Program-made: the position numbers and the translations under genes
Virus record (IMG/VR): IMGVR_UViG_3300009503_000030
Coordinates: 6,542-70,541 of that record
Direction: 5' to 3' (one strand)
DNA length: 64,000 nt
From: a virus
Part shown: piece after piece, positions 63,568 to 64,000 of the stretch
How positions within the stretch are numbered: the stretch's first letter is position 1
Layout of the letters: each line of letters starts with the position of its first letter
Notes under the pieces: model-generated
The model's database searches: none
Told to the model about the DNA's origin: nothing
The model's input: only the letters and a program-made list of their open reading frames with translations

Positions 63568-64000
63568 ATGATCACACCCGATTTCCGTGTCTCCGCCGAC
63601 TTCGTCACCCACTGGAAGACCACCGCGCTCCGCAACGCCTGCGGCGATGCCGGCGTCTTCTCCCTCCTCTGCCTCTGGTCCTACGCCACATGCAACCGAC
63701 CAGATGGTTGTCTCGCTGGTCTCTCCGATGACGACATCGAGCACATCGCCCGATGGTCAGGGCCACGCGGTCTCCTCGTCAACACGCTCATCCAACTCCG
63801 CTTCCTCGACCGAGACCCAAACAACACACTCATCATCCACGAGTGGTCCGAGCGCCAACCATTCATTCAGAAACTATACGCCGCGCGCGCAAGAGGCACT
63901 GTATGCAAATCCGAACATCGCCGCGGTATGCACCGAACGCTAAAATATACCGCCCCCCCTGGGACTCCGCCCCCCACACCCCCCACCTCTTCTACCCCCC
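63568..64000 (+). CDS. Phage replication initiator/replisome-organiser-like protein, runs off window edge
   Basis: Manual translation: F.TH.KT..L, LL.LWSYA, PDG, IE.IA.W.G, L....FLD, IHEW.E.Q; open to the end of the window. Confidence 0.7.
   Translation, partial: MITPDFRVSADFVTHWKTTALRNACGDAGVFSLLCLWSYATCNRPDGCLAGLSDDDIEHIARWSGPRGLLVNTLIQLRFLDRDPNNTLIIHEWSERQPFIQKLYAARARGTVCKSEHRRGMHRTLKYTAPPGTPPPTPPTSSTP

Overview
The window is a 64-kb piece of a high-GC tailed phage (myovirus: sheath, tube, baseplate J, and a Twort/SPO1-style capsid and neck). No integrase or host genes are visible. Its head, neck and tail modules are split apart by plus-strand early-gene cassettes that begin at three related promoter islands. 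The main feature is a phage-encoded type V CRISPR locus: a 618-aa Cas12m-like effector with an apparently intact RuvC D-E-D, an 11-repeat array and no cas1/cas2. At least nine solitary copies of the repeat are scattered across the genome. Eight are in the sense orientation of the local gene, four sit just before or over a ribosome-binding site, and several are translated inside genes. My inference is that the effector may double as an RNA-level regulator of phage genes. Other notable content: candidate anti-defence enzymes (a Csx20-like ring nuclease, divergent paralogues and a RyR-domain protein), a Walker-A-dead ComM/YifB homologue, and a tRNA-Pro ending in CC-T beside a CCA-adding enzyme. 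Several proteins also share a possible head-packaging motif. All family calls come from reading motifs by eye; no searches were run.
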